Virus record (IMG/VR): IMGVR_UViG_3300027749_000080
Span: 20,195-84,194 of that record
Length of the DNA: 64,000 bases
Reading direction: 5' to 3' (one strand)
From: a virus
Lineage: Duplodnaviria; Caudoviricetes
Each line of letters begins with the position of its first letter. The stretch's first letter is position 1. Of the stretch, positions 1 to 9,417 are shown piece after piece. A program made the position numbers and the translations under genes. The notes beneath the pieces were generated by a model, which had not been told where the DNA came from, ran no database searches, and saw only the letters and a program-made list of their open reading frames with translations.

Positions 1-11
1 TTAGTTAAGTT

Positions 12-482
12 TTAACTAACGAAAGAATAATATACTCCTTCTATTTGATAAAAGTCAGATAAAAAGTCAGTAATTGTGGTACTTGCGTAAATTGTATTAC
101 CAAGTGGATGGTTATCGCCATTTTTATAGAATACGGATACTCCGCCATCATACAGACACACGACTGAATCTAAATTATAGTGCTTTATTGAACCCTTTGC
201 CATGTTCTTAAATTCATCGTCTGTCACTTCAGTACCATGATTAGTAACAAAGATACTTGGAAAACTACGTTTCATTCGGTAACCTGAACCTTCAATTGAG
301 TGTATAACTTGTAGAACATAACTTAATTTGCCATAGGAATCAAGGTCAGCTAAGACTTTATTGTATTGATCTGGATCGGTAAAGTTGTAAACAACGAACG
401 GCCTCTGGTTTTGCACACAATCTCTAACCAGGTTGTACCTGTTTCCATTGTATTCTCTGGTATGTCGTATTGATCTGCTCAT
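12..482 (-). CDS. hypothetical protein (late-promoter driven)
   Basis: 156-aa ORF; GATAAATAAC box on the minus strand at 511-520. Confidence 0.7.
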   Translation of the reverse strand: MSRSIRHTREYNGNRYNLVRDCVQNQRPFVVYNFTDPDQYNKVLADLDSYGKLSYVLQVIHSIEGSGYRMKRSFPSIFVTNHGTEVTDDEFKNMAKGSIKHYNLDSVVCLYDGGVSVFYKNGDNHPLGNTIYASTTITDFLSDFYQIEGVYYSFVS

Positions 483-499
483 TATTTAGTATATTAGAT

Positions 500-528
500 A
501 AAACTACTAGGTTATTTATCAGTAAAAT
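500..528 (+). promoter_or_regulatory. putative early/middle promoter AAAAC-N18-TAAAAT
   Basis: Matches the recurrent bipartite motif; ATG at 534. Confidence 0.55.
511..520 (-). promoter_or_regulatory. putative late promoter GATAAATAAC
   Basis: T4-late-like TATAAATA variant upstream of ORF 12..482. Confidence 0.6.
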
Positions 529-533
529 ATTCC

Positions 534-1064
534 ATGGAAAAAGGACAACACATTAATATATTTGATTTCGATGAAACCTTATTTAGGGTTCCTGGTTATA
601 CATGTAGTGAAGCTAAAGGAAAGAGCCCATACGAATGGTTTGACTCAGCTGAATCACTTGACCAAAAGTTTAATATTTGCGGTATTGCTAATACAATTGA
701 GCATGCTAGAGCAGATGGTTTGAATTATTTGATAACTCATAGAGTTAAAGCATGTCAACCTAAAGTTCTAGATCTACTTTCAGAGTATAAGATTAGGTTT
801 GAAAAGACCTATTTTTTAGGAAGAGAAGGCGATAAAGCAGAGATTGCAATTGACTTAATTAGAGAAACTGAGGCTGATTCAATTACAATATACGAAGATT
901 CTCTTTGGGAAATTATCAAATATACTTCATGGTTCTTAGATGCAGGGCTTACCATCGATATTAATTTTATTTTTATTGATAAAAGTCGAGTAATTACAAT
1001 AGATTGGGATACGGCCCGATCCCTAGAAGAATTTTCAATAACAGAAAGATTAAAATTAATATGA
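534..1064 (+). CDS. HAD-superfamily phosphatase
   Basis: DFDETL motif I, LITHR motif II-like, YEDS motif IV-like. Confidence 0.7.
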   Translation: MEKGQHINIFDFDETLFRVPGYTCSEAKGKSPYEWFDSAESLDQKFNICGIANTIEHARADGLNYLITHRVKACQPKVLDLLSEYKIRFEKTYFLGREGDKAEIAIDLIRETEADSITIYEDSLWEIIKYTSWFLDAGLTIDINFIFIDKSRVITIDWDTARSLEEFSITERLKLI

Positions 1065-1669
1065 TATTATTTGTAGAAGGCGCCAGACACTGTGGCAAAA
1101 CATTCTTAATTAACAAATTTATAGAAAACTGTAATGATCCACGGCTTGAATATTATAAATTCTATTTTGCTGATCACATTAAAACTCTAGATTTAGTAGA
1201 GTTAGATAGTGATCCAAGTTTACACTATTTCAGTTTAGGCAACATTATGACCATTATGGAAATGAATCTTAGACCTGAATACAAAGATAAAATTTGGATA
1301 TTTGACAGAGCAATCATATCTGCTTATACTTGGGCAATCCTAAGAAAAAGAGTAAGCCGAAATAAAGCTGAGCTTGAATTTTTAAAGTTACTAAATACTA
1401 CCCTATATTCAAATTCCAAGACACTAGTGGTTAGTGTAGCTGGCCAAACCGGCGATTCAAATCGAGTTAAAGATACTTGGGATGGAGCTCATTCAACAAC
1501 AGAAGAACAACAGTTAATGGCTCATTTACTTGAGTTAGCAGTGACTGAATTAACGGATTCAGCCAAAAATAACAAACTAAGCATTGTTTTTAATAGTTTT
1601 GATGAAGCCTCAGTCAATTCCTTTAATCAAGAGTGCTATGCATTATTAGGAATAGAGCCTAATAAATAA
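1061..1669 (+). CDS. P-loop nucleotide/polynucleotide kinase-like protein
   Basis: EGARHCGKT Walker A and FDR motif typical of NMP-kinase folds; start placed at 1061 from the ATGA overlap with the upstream stop. Confidence 0.7.
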   Translation: MILFVEGARHCGKTFLINKFIENCNDPRLEYYKFYFADHIKTLDLVELDSDPSLHYFSLGNIMTIMEMNLRPEYKDKIWIFDRAIISAYTWAILRKRVSRNKAELEFLKLLNTTLYSNSKTLVVSVAGQTGDSNRVKDTWDGAHSTTEEQQLMAHLLELAVTELTDSAKNNKLSIVFNSFDEASVNSFNQECYALLGIEPNK

Positions 1670-1670
1670 C
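1661..1670 (+). promoter_or_regulatory. putative late promoter AATAAATAAC overlapping the upstream stop
   Basis: Box encodes N-K-stop of the kinase gene; next ATG at 1675. Confidence 0.6.
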
Positions 1671-1674
1671 CAAT

Positions 1675-3555
1675 ATGGCAGGATTATCGCACTTACGAGA
1701 TGTTTATGAAAAACGTGGAAAAGAATTTTTAGAAAATCTTCTTAATAAAACAGTTATCATTAATGAAAAAAATGATGGTGCCTATTTTGGTGCCAAACGG
1801 GATGCAAAACAAAATAACTTTAACTTCTTTAAAAAAGACAGTAAAATTGGTTACATCGACCGAGTTCTTAGTAAGTACTACGAGCCGGGTATTAGACATT
1901 TTGAAAGTATTGGGGGTAATTTAACCTCAATACCTGAAAATTATGTATTTGGAATGGACTACAATCCTTCTAAAGAGGTACCACTAACTCTAAGTCATAT
2001 TAAAGTGCTTGATGAAAATTATCAAACCTCTAAACTTATTCACGATAAAACTGAATTAGATAAATGGGCTGGAGTACTTGGAGTTAACTCACCAACTATT
2101 ATATTTCAAGGAAAATTAAATGATGAGCAAAAGGTAAAAATTCAAGAATTTATATTTACAAACTTGCCAATGCTTGCTGAGAAATTTAAAACTCAATCAT
2201 TTAGCAAACATATCCTATCTGTATTAAATCCAGTAGTTGATGAAAATGCTCAACCTGAATTAAGTGATAGAGAAATTAGTGAAATTGTATTTAGGTTCTT
2301 TGATGAAGAGGATCCAATTGGCGATTCGTCTACTTTAGCAAAGATTATTGATCCAGTATTTTATGATAATGCAAAGAACCTACCTCAGGAAAAGGTTCAA
2401 AAGAAAAGCGATGATTATGTTTGGATCATTGTTACTGACTTAATGAATTTTATTGAAAGTTACCGCATGTCTGATCTTAGAAGTTTTACAATTTCTGGAG
2501 AAACAGCGGATGAGCGATTTATTTCATTAATTAATCACCTTTTTATTGAGTTCATTAAGGAATATGGAGATAAATTTAATGATTTAGAAATTCAAATACC
2601 CCAGTTTTTAACTAGACCTGAATTTGATATTAATCCAGAACTAATCAATGACCCAACTGTAATTGATATACTTAGTAAGAATCCAAACTACAAAGAAATT
2701 TACAGAATATTCATTAATATTTTTAGAAAAAAGAAAATCAAAGTTAATTCAACTCTATTTACTGATGCAATGAAAACTAATTTAATTGATCAAATTGACA
2801 AACTTTCAAAAGTTGCAATGGGTGATCAATTATTTGAAAATTATTTTCCATCATTTAGTGAATTTGTTGGAGACGATAAGGTTCCTGGATATTTTGAAAC
2901 ATATGATGTTGCTGAAAACGAAGAACGTAAAGTAAAAAAAGTTAATCTATTAGTATCGGATTTTCAACCAATACACAAAGGTCATCTTAAAAGTGCAAAA
3001 TTGTTAACTGAAAAAAATGGGCTACCTACTCTATTTGTATGTGTTCACCCTGGCAAATCTGGAAAAATGTTTCCATTTAAGAAAGAAACTTTAACTAATT
3101 CATTAGCTAAATTAGCAGCACATGATAAACAAAATATTGCTGGTCACGTAATGGTGAAAGACGGTAACATTGAAACTATCCTAAAAGCAATAAAACCAGG
3201 CTTTGAGCCTCTTAGCATAGCAGCTGAACCCAGTAGAATAAAAGATCTAGCACTACAATTAGAACTTGCAAAAAAAAGATCTAGAAACTTAAATATTAAA
3301 CGCGAGACTCGATTAATTGAATTACCGGTAACCACAGTTGGTGATTCAATCCTAAAGTCAATTAAAGATCGAGATTTTGCAGCATTTAAAGAAGCATCAC
3401 CATCTCCAATCCATTCAGAATTCTATAACTTAAATAAAGACTTAATTGAATCACTAAATGAAAGTGTAAATGAACAAATAACTGATGCAGTTACTGAAAT
3501 AGTATCAGGCGTAACCTTTGCTACGCCAGAACCAATAATTCAAATAGAATCATGA
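1675..3555 (+). CDS. RNA-ligase-like nucleotidyltransferase domain fused to a HIGH-motif (cytidylyltransferase-like) domain
   Basis: N-terminal EKNDG (KxDG motif I), EIVFRF and AKII resembling ligase motifs IV and V; C-terminal DFQPIHKGH (HxGH). Confidence 0.6.
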   Translation: MAGLSHLRDVYEKRGKEFLENLLNKTVIINEKNDGAYFGAKRDAKQNNFNFFKKDSKIGYIDRVLSKYYEPGIRHFESIGGNLTSIPENYVFGMDYNPSKEVPLTLSHIKVLDENYQTSKLIHDKTELDKWAGVLGVNSPTIIFQGKLNDEQKVKIQEFIFTNLPMLAEKFKTQSFSKHILSVLNPVVDENAQPELSDREISEIVFRFFDEEDPIGDSSTLAKIIDPVFYDNAKNLPQEKVQKKSDDYVWIIVTDLMNFIESYRMSDLRSFTISGETADERFISLINHLFIEFIKEYGDKFNDLEIQIPQFLTRPEFDINPELINDPTVIDILSKNPNYKEIYRIFINIFRKKKIKVNSTLFTDAMKTNLIDQIDKLSKVAMGDQLFENYFPSFSEFVGDDKVPGYFETYDVAENEERKVKKVNLLVSDFQPIHKGHLKSAKLLTEKNGLPTLFVCVHPGKSGKMFPFKKETLTNSLAKLAAHDKQNIAGHVMVKDGNIETILKAIKPGFEPLSIAAEPSRIKDLALQLELAKKRSRNLNIKRETRLIELPVTTVGDSILKSIKDRDFAAFKEASPSPIHSEFYNLNKDLIESLNESVNEQITDAVTEIVSGVTFATPEPIIQIES

Positions 3556-3635
3556 AAAAACTACTTAATTTTTTAGCAATAATTGAATCATATAGAATTA
3601 ACTGTATGATCCATCAAGGCTGGGGTAAATTATAA
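3552..3635 (+). CDS. possible 27-aa small ORF (MKKLLNFLAIIESYRINCMIHQGWGKL)
   Basis: ATGA overlap with the upstream stop; fills the gap before the convergent gene. Confidence 0.3.
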   Translation: MKKLLNFLAIIESYRINCMIHQGWGKL

Positions 3636-3646
3636 CCGCCTTTTTT
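3616..3646 (+). terminator. possible intrinsic terminator
   Basis: Imperfect AAGGC...GCCTT stem followed by a T run. Confidence 0.35.
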
Positions 3647-3666
3647 ATGTGAGGTAATTTAAAGTA

Positions 3667-5238
3667 TTAAGTTAAGGTTGTAAATTCTCCCTTAATGAAG
3701 TTAATGTGTTGAGCCTTACCATCATGATGAATGATTACATGTGATTGCAGCCATCCACTTGGACCTACATTATAGTTAACTCTTAGTTTAGTAGAGGTCC
3801 CGACAGCTAATGCGCCGTCCCTACGTCCAGGAGAATGGTAATGGCCTACAATAATTTTAGTATTTAGTTTACGGAATTGAAGTAGAGATCCACGTGAACC
3901 GTTTGAACCAACATCTCCATGTTGAGCTAATTCCCAACCATTTACTACAAGACTATCACTTCTTCCTAGGGTTTTAAATTTAGGAAATTTTTGATTAATT
4001 AGGTATGGAATAACTCCGTTTGGTGCAACTCCTCTTAGTAAGAGAGCACTATATTCCATATATTCCAAAGAATTCTTTAAGGTTGATGCTTTTCTCCAAT
4101 CAGTAGATTTTAACCAACGATCTAAAAAGTCATCATGATTACTTCGGACAATTGATACATTATAATCTTTAAAATCTTCAAGTCCGTTTAACATTGCATC
4201 AACCTCTTTTCTTAAAGAGTTTGAACCGTCTAATTCTCGACGGTATTGCATAAATGGATCATTTATCTCATGATGATTAATTGAGAGTCCATCAAATACA
4301 TCATGTAAAATAACATTTTCAGGTTTTAATTTTTTAAATAGGTCTAGGGTTTTGGAAATTACTCGTGGATCGTGTTGGCCATAGTGTAAATCTCCTAAAA
4401 CTGCAACTGCAATTGAATTTACTTGACTAATTTCGCTAGTTTCATAGTCTTCATTATATTCAACTCTATTATAAAGGTCAGTAAAGTTTCCATCTTCAGT
4501 CGCGGTTACTTGTCTAGCAAAGAAGGTATTTACATCCTTTATTTCAATAACAACAAAACCTAGAGTATGATGAAATTCTCCCTTTTTACCTGATTTTGAG
4601 TCAGTATAGTTAGAAACCGTACACGCTCCAGTTGTCATCATCATTTTTGGAAGATTGCCTTCCAATACTGGAATTGTTTCTAGATGTACTCTAGGCGACC
4701 CAAACACGCATGAATTAATACCGCTCATTCCTTGTAAACCAGTCATTGGATCAACCGAAGTTGGCTGAATCTTAATATCTGACATGATCCACATGTGTTT
4801 ATGGACTTCATGACGACCTGCGTCTAGATAAGTTTCGATTCTTTCAGCCCAAGTTTCATAATTCTTATCAGAAAATACAGAAGTTGGGTTTTTATATCGA
4901 CCAGCAATTACATGAATGTCAGCATTAATGTGCTCTGCATACTTTTCAAGATTTGATACAAATTCTTCATGCGCTGGTGTATCGTTTTGAGCCCAGGTGA
5001 TGATAAATCGCTTTTTCTTTTTGTTAAACTTACGTTCTCTAGCTTTAATTAATTGCGGAGACTCTTGTATTGAACTTTCGGTTATTCCAAGTTTGGCTAA
5101 CCACTTTTGTACAGTTCTTTCAGATTTATTAAGAAACTGGCTCAATTCTTTCATTCGATTATCCCAACTTATGTCCTTGTTCCAATAGAGTTCGGACAAT
5201 TTTAAAATATCTTCTGGTGTTAATTCTTCAAACTTCAT
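3667..5238 (-). CDS. phage T5 A1-like metallophosphoesterase/nuclease
   Basis: KRFIITWAQNDTPAH, TTGACTVSNY, GDLHYG, HDVFDG, SNHD, HGDVGSNGSRG and GHYH resemble T5 A1 as recalled; N-terminal HTH-like segment. Confidence 0.8.
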   Translation of the reverse strand: MKFEELTPEDILKLSELYWNKDISWDNRMKELSQFLNKSERTVQKWLAKLGITESSIQESPQLIKARERKFNKKKKRFIITWAQNDTPAHEEFVSNLEKYAEHINADIHVIAGRYKNPTSVFSDKNYETWAERIETYLDAGRHEVHKHMWIMSDIKIQPTSVDPMTGLQGMSGINSCVFGSPRVHLETIPVLEGNLPKMMMTTGACTVSNYTDSKSGKKGEFHHTLGFVVIEIKDVNTFFARQVTATEDGNFTDLYNRVEYNEDYETSEISQVNSIAVAVLGDLHYGQHDPRVISKTLDLFKKLKPENVILHDVFDGLSINHHEINDPFMQYRRELDGSNSLRKEVDAMLNGLEDFKDYNVSIVRSNHDDFLDRWLKSTDWRKASTLKNSLEYMEYSALLLRGVAPNGVIPYLINQKFPKFKTLGRSDSLVVNGWELAQHGDVGSNGSRGSLLQFRKLNTKIIVGHYHSPGRRDGALAVGTSTKLRVNYNVGPSGWLQSHVIIHHDGKAQHINFIKGEFTTLT

Positions 5239-5262
5239 TAATACATACAGTTTTATTAATTA

Positions 5263-5290
5263 CTTATATTTAACAATCAGATAAAGTTTT
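5263..5290 (-). promoter_or_regulatory. putative early/middle promoter AAAAC-N17-TATAAG
   Basis: Bipartite motif upstream of the A1-like gene. Confidence 0.65.
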
Positions 5291-5324
5291 AGCCGGATCC
5301 TCTGGAAGTTGAGTTAGGTTGGCT

Positions 5325-5334
5325 AATAAATAAC
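5325..5334 (+). promoter_or_regulatory. putative late promoter AATAAATAAC
   Basis: Heads the 5338-9320 gene cluster. Confidence 0.65.
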
Positions 5335-5337
5335 TTC

Positions 5338-5520
5338 ATGGAAAAGACGGCTAAAAATATCGATAACTACCGAAAGGGTAAAGAACCTTTAAAAAATGCG
5401 GTTATGCAACATCCAACAGGTAATGACGTATACGATTTTTTACAAAAAAATATTGAGCGTGACTTCTGGGTGACGCCTTTTTCAAAATGGCAAAACTCTC
5501 AAAAATATCATAAAAAGTAA
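5338..5520 (+). CDS. hypothetical protein
   Basis: 60-aa ORF after the late box; stop overlaps the next start. Confidence 0.6.
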   Translation: MEKTAKNIDNYRKGKEPLKNAVMQHPTGNDVYDFLQKNIERDFWVTPFSKWQNSQKYHKK

Positions 5521-5939
5521 TGTTCGGACTAGAAGATTTAACAGAACCTCAAACTGGATCAGAAAATACAATTTCGTATTTTATGTTATCTCTTATGCAG
5601 ATAGCTGATCAAGCTAAAATTATACACTGGCAAACCGGGTATGATACCGAACACCGTCACTTTGGAATGTTTTACGAAACTTTCATTGAGCAAATGGATA
5701 CACTAGTAGAGGCAATTGCTGGTAAATACGGTTCACAACACCTTAAATTTGGAGAAGCGGCAATTATTGTATACGATTATGAACTATCAAGACCTGAATT
5801 TTTTAATCTGGTTCAAGAAGCTCTTCGTGGAACATTTTGCGAAATTTTTGAAAAAGACAAAGACTCTGAATTATATAATTTAGTGGATGAAATTTTAGAC
5901 TTAACAAACAAAACTCAGTATTTACTGCAACAAAAGTAA
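5520..5939 (+). CDS. ferritin/Dps-like four-helix protein
   Basis: HWQT...H..F..FY......D..VE pattern of Dps-like ferroxidase ligands. Confidence 0.65.
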   Translation: MFGLEDLTEPQTGSENTISYFMLSLMQIADQAKIIHWQTGYDTEHRHFGMFYETFIEQMDTLVEAIAGKYGSQHLKFGEAAIIVYDYELSRPEFFNLVQEALRGTFCEIFEKDKDSELYNLVDEILDLTNKTQYLLQQK

Positions 5940-5940
5940 T

Positions 5941-7503
5941 ATGTTTCTAAACGTAAAACGATTATCAATATTTGAGAAGCTAATTCTTGAGACTGACCTG
6001 ATTCAAATAGGCTCAGGTATCAATGACCTAGTTACTAAGATTAAAGATTCTAGCAATAATAAAAATCAAGGCTCTGATAAAAAGATTGATATAACTGCTC
6101 AAATTAATCAATTATTAGATTACCTATTTAGCCTGGGCGAAGAAGGTCTTAATGATAAGTTAAGTGAACCTGAATTTATGAAAGTATTTGGAGATCCAGA
6201 AGTAAAAAAAGCACTGGATCTATATTTTGGCTATTTAGAAACTGAATTAAAAACTTTTCGTGAAGAGTTAACGGCTGCGCTTAATGAACCTGAAATTAAT
6301 GTTCAAAAAGTTGAGAAGATAAGTCAAAAAATGATGAGGTTTGCGGCTAGAATTCATGTGGTTGAAAGAATTTATGCAAAGCAATCTGAAGCCGGCCAAT
6401 CAGAATTCAGTAATGAAATTAGTGAAAAGGTCAAAAAGATTCAAGAAGAATTACTTAACATCTATTCATTAAAAGTTATGGTACCTGCTAAAAAAACTCA
6501 GGAATCATATTCAAAATATCAAGCAGCGCAAACTGACGAAGAAAAAACTGAGGCAGCTACTGAAATTTTATCAAATATAGAAGCAGCTGATCAAATGTCA
6601 GAAGATATGCCAGCTGAAGTTATTTCAGGAATTGAAACTGCCAATACTGAATATAAGAATAAGATTGAGAAAGATTTAGGTAAAGAAACCCTAGCTAATA
6701 TATTATCTGGAGTTCATGTAAATAAAAATGTTGCCTCATTAATTCGTAGGATATTTCAATTTCAATATACAATGTGGACTAATGAAGACGATATTAATCG
6801 TGAAGCCAATTCGCTTAAGGTTAGTATTAATGGTTTTCCTGATGTATCAGAAGATGCTAAAGAATATTTGCGTAGACTTGTTGAAAATATCCAGGCTGAC
6901 TTGCTTAAAAAGGCAAAAAGTAAAGACTTTGATACCAAGAAATATAAAGGAATTCATTATGATTTTAATAAGAAATTACCACTATATGAAAGAACTGCAC
7001 TACCTGTTACTGGTAAACAAATAGCAGATGATTCTAAATTAATGAAATTCAGAAAAGCTTCACAAGATCTAATGGATCTTTTCTTTGGTGGAGGTTCTGG
7101 ACCAGGAACTGAAGCAGGTAGAGCATTTGCCGCAACTGGTAAATATTTACATGCAATTTATGCAAAAAGTCTTAATGGTTTAGGTAAGGTAATTGGAAAA
7201 GCAATCGGTGGTAGAGAAGGAGAAATGAAAGCTGATGCTTATACCCGAATGTTTATATTAGATACGTCAGTTGTTGATCAACCAAAACCAAAACAAGTTA
7301 GCGAAGACGGTGGAGTATCTGCGCCAGGAGTAGCTATTCAAACACCTGGTTCAATTGGGTCAATGGGAGCAATTACGCCTCCTACTCAAACCTCACTAGG
7401 TTCGGGAGATAATTTTGGCCCAAAAATTAATAAAAAGAAAACCAAAAAATCTTCATCCATTCTTGGATTTGCGGATTTTATAAAAGAACAAAATAATCTA
7501 TAA
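5941..7503 (+). CDS. putative head-associated helical protein
   Basis: 520 aa; N-terminal SIFEKLILE and C-terminal LGFADFIKE tag-like motifs. Confidence 0.6.
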   Translation: MFLNVKRLSIFEKLILETDLIQIGSGINDLVTKIKDSSNNKNQGSDKKIDITAQINQLLDYLFSLGEEGLNDKLSEPEFMKVFGDPEVKKALDLYFGYLETELKTFREELTAALNEPEINVQKVEKISQKMMRFAARIHVVERIYAKQSEAGQSEFSNEISEKVKKIQEELLNIYSLKVMVPAKKTQESYSKYQAAQTDEEKTEAATEILSNIEAADQMSEDMPAEVISGIETANTEYKNKIEKDLGKETLANILSGVHVNKNVASLIRRIFQFQYTMWTNEDDINREANSLKVSINGFPDVSEDAKEYLRRLVENIQADLLKKAKSKDFDTKKYKGIHYDFNKKLPLYERTALPVTGKQIADDSKLMKFRKASQDLMDLFFGGGSGPGTEAGRAFAATGKYLHAIYAKSLNGLGKVIGKAIGGREGEMKADAYTRMFILDTSVVDQPKPKQVSEDGGVSAPGVAIQTPGSIGSMGAITPPTQTSLGSGDNFGPKINKKKTKKSSSILGFADFIKEQNNL

Positions 7504-7505
7504 AA

Positions 7506-7937
7506 ATGAAATTAATTAAAACATTTGAAAATTTTATGCACAGTGAACTAGACACTGAACTAGCTCATCAAGCAAATACATTAGATATTCCACAACACGC
7601 AGCAGGCATGGACCATGAGGCTAATCATGAAGTTGAGAACTATATGTTCTTTGGCAATTTAAAAACAATTCAACGATTAATCGAGATCATGTTGGACATG
7701 GATCCAATGAAGGTTGATCAGTTATTAAAAAATGGTCATAATTGGGCAGAAGATCATGTAACATCGTCAAAGGACGATCTTGAAGAAGTTGCAGATTTCT
7801 TAATGGGAGAAATGACTAATCATGAAGTTCAAGAAGCTAGTGCAATGACCTATTCATGTAATGAATGTGGTACAATGTATGAAGCGCATGAGATTAACGA
7901 AGACCATATGTGTTCGTGTGGTGGTAAAGTAGAATAA
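7506..7937 (+). CDS. putative internal head protein with C-terminal zinc ribbon
   Basis: MKLIKTFENF N-terminus; CNECG...CSCGG. Confidence 0.6.
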   Translation: MKLIKTFENFMHSELDTELAHQANTLDIPQHAAGMDHEANHEVENYMFFGNLKTIQRLIEIMLDMDPMKVDQLLKNGHNWAEDHVTSSKDDLEEVADFLMGEMTNHEVQEASAMTYSCNECGTMYEAHEINEDHMCSCGGKVE

Positions 7938-7951
7938 AATTAGGAATAATT

Positions 7952-8446
7952 ATGAAAAGCACCTTTGTTAAATCGTTTGGGTTATTTAATGAATCATTAG
8001 AAGACTCAACCTTAAATACAGCAGAATGGTATTATGGAATTGCAGACTGCCATGGATTAGAATCCTTTATTAAGGAGCCTTCATTGACTCATGCAGCAAA
8101 TTTAGATAGATTAAAGCAATTGGGAATTACTGATTTTGGGTCAGAGGCTGATCCTGCAAAAAAAGCGTATGGCGGTAATTTAGCAATGATGCAAATGAGA
8201 TGCAGGTTTAATGGCCAACGCCATCCAGTGGTTTATAGAGCTAAATTATCAGAAGACGATGCTGATATGGTACAGGATCTATTGGATAGTGGTGACTATA
8301 TTAATGCACTTAATGTGGTTAAAGGAAATTCAAAAGAAGTTCAATTAGCTAGAGGTGGAAATGGCTCAGCTGAAAAGGCGTGGAAGATGATTCCAAATCC
8401 AGATTTAGACCCAATGCACAATGATGATAGCTTAGGATATCATTAA
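7952..8446 (+). CDS. putative internal head protein
   Basis: MKSTFVKSFGLFNES N-terminal tag. Confidence 0.6.
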   Translation: MKSTFVKSFGLFNESLEDSTLNTAEWYYGIADCHGLESFIKEPSLTHAANLDRLKQLGITDFGSEADPAKKAYGGNLAMMQMRCRFNGQRHPVVYRAKLSEDDADMVQDLLDSGDYINALNVVKGNSKEVQLARGGNGSAEKAWKMIPNPDLDPMHNDDSLGYH

Positions 8447-8478
8447 AAATAAATATTAAAAAATAAAAACCAAAAACA

Positions 8479-8784
8479 ATGAAACTCTCAGTAGGTGACA
8501 AAATTAGGATTCACGTAGATGTGGAAGAACTGCAAAATGATTTGCTTGAAATGGTAGATGGCCAAGAAGCAGTCATTACCGAAATCTATCAAAATAGTTA
8601 TGAACCTGACGTTGACCGAATTGAAGTTGAATTAGTTAATCCAGTTGAGTTTCATGGACAGAGCCTGGTGGTTGTTCCTGGTTTGTATATGGATAATATT
8701 GAAAAAATTGAAGGCCTTCAAGAAAGTAAAAAAACTGCTAAAAGATACCTAAGTAGATTCGTTGGAACTTTTGCAAATTATTAA
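8479..8784 (+). CDS. hypothetical protein (small SH3/KOW-like beta fold possible)
   Basis: LSVGDKIRI start; AATAAATA box at 8448-8455. Confidence 0.55.
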   Translation: MKLSVGDKIRIHVDVEELQNDLLEMVDGQEAVITEIYQNSYEPDVDRIEVELVNPVEFHGQSLVVVPGLYMDNIEKIEGLQESKKTAKRYLSRFVGTFANY

Positions 8785-8786
8785 TT

Positions 8787-9320
8787 ATGAAATCTGGTAT
8801 AAAATTATTTGAAGCATTTTACGGAAAGGACTATTTGGAGCATGAATTTCACAGATATGATAGTGATATTGATTTTTATAAGACGGTTAAAATAAAGACT
8901 GCGGGTAATCCGGATAATTTAAAAAGATTAGCTGAATTAGGAATAACAAAGGATGTTGAAGAAATTGAAGATATTAGTTTTGATACAGTTAGGGTTACAT
9001 ATGAAATGAAACCTTATTTTGATAATGCTGGGATTCATGATATTGACTTTATCCTAAGGACCGTTTATATTTCTGGCGAATATACAATTTGGGATGAAGC
9101 TAAACAGGAAGAAACTCGGTATGATTTTGAAATTGAAGATGCTGGGCCGTTTGACGGTCGAGTTCAGGCAAAATGGGGTAGCTTACCGTTTTATCCAAAA
9201 AATATAGCAATTACTACTCCATGGTCAACTATTAAAAATGGGGTTCAAACTAAACATCCATTTGACCCATCTGCACCAGATGCATCTAAATTTACATATG
9301 AAGTAGAAATTGGTGAATAA
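8787..9320 (+). CDS. putative internal head protein
   Basis: MKSGIKLFEAF N-terminal tag. Confidence 0.6.
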   Translation: MKSGIKLFEAFYGKDYLEHEFHRYDSDIDFYKTVKIKTAGNPDNLKRLAELGITKDVEEIEDISFDTVRVTYEMKPYFDNAGIHDIDFILRTVYISGEYTIWDEAKQEETRYDFEIEDAGPFDGRVQAKWGSLPFYPKNIAITTPWSTIKNGVQTKHPFDPSAPDASKFTYEVEIGE

Positions 9321-9344
9321 TTCTTAAATTGATTGATATTAAGT

Positions 9345-9376
9345 AAAAGGAAGGTCTCATACTCTTCCTTTTTTTA
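9345..9376 (+). terminator. intrinsic terminator
   Basis: AAAAGGAAG-10 nt-CTTCCTTTTTTT. Confidence 0.7.
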
Positions 9377-9384
9377 TTTAGGTC

Positions 9385-9394
9385 GATAAATAAC
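9385..9394 (+). promoter_or_regulatory. putative late promoter GATAAATAAC
   Basis: Heads the baseplate cluster. Confidence 0.65.
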
Positions 9395-9417
9395 CTTATA
9401 AAAAATAGTTTAATAAT

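Noticed and set aside
1004-1060. Longer upstream starts given by the ORF track (1004, 11390, 39558)
   Set aside because: Downstream ATGs (1061, 11453, 39543) give coupled or non-overlapping starts that match domain boundaries.
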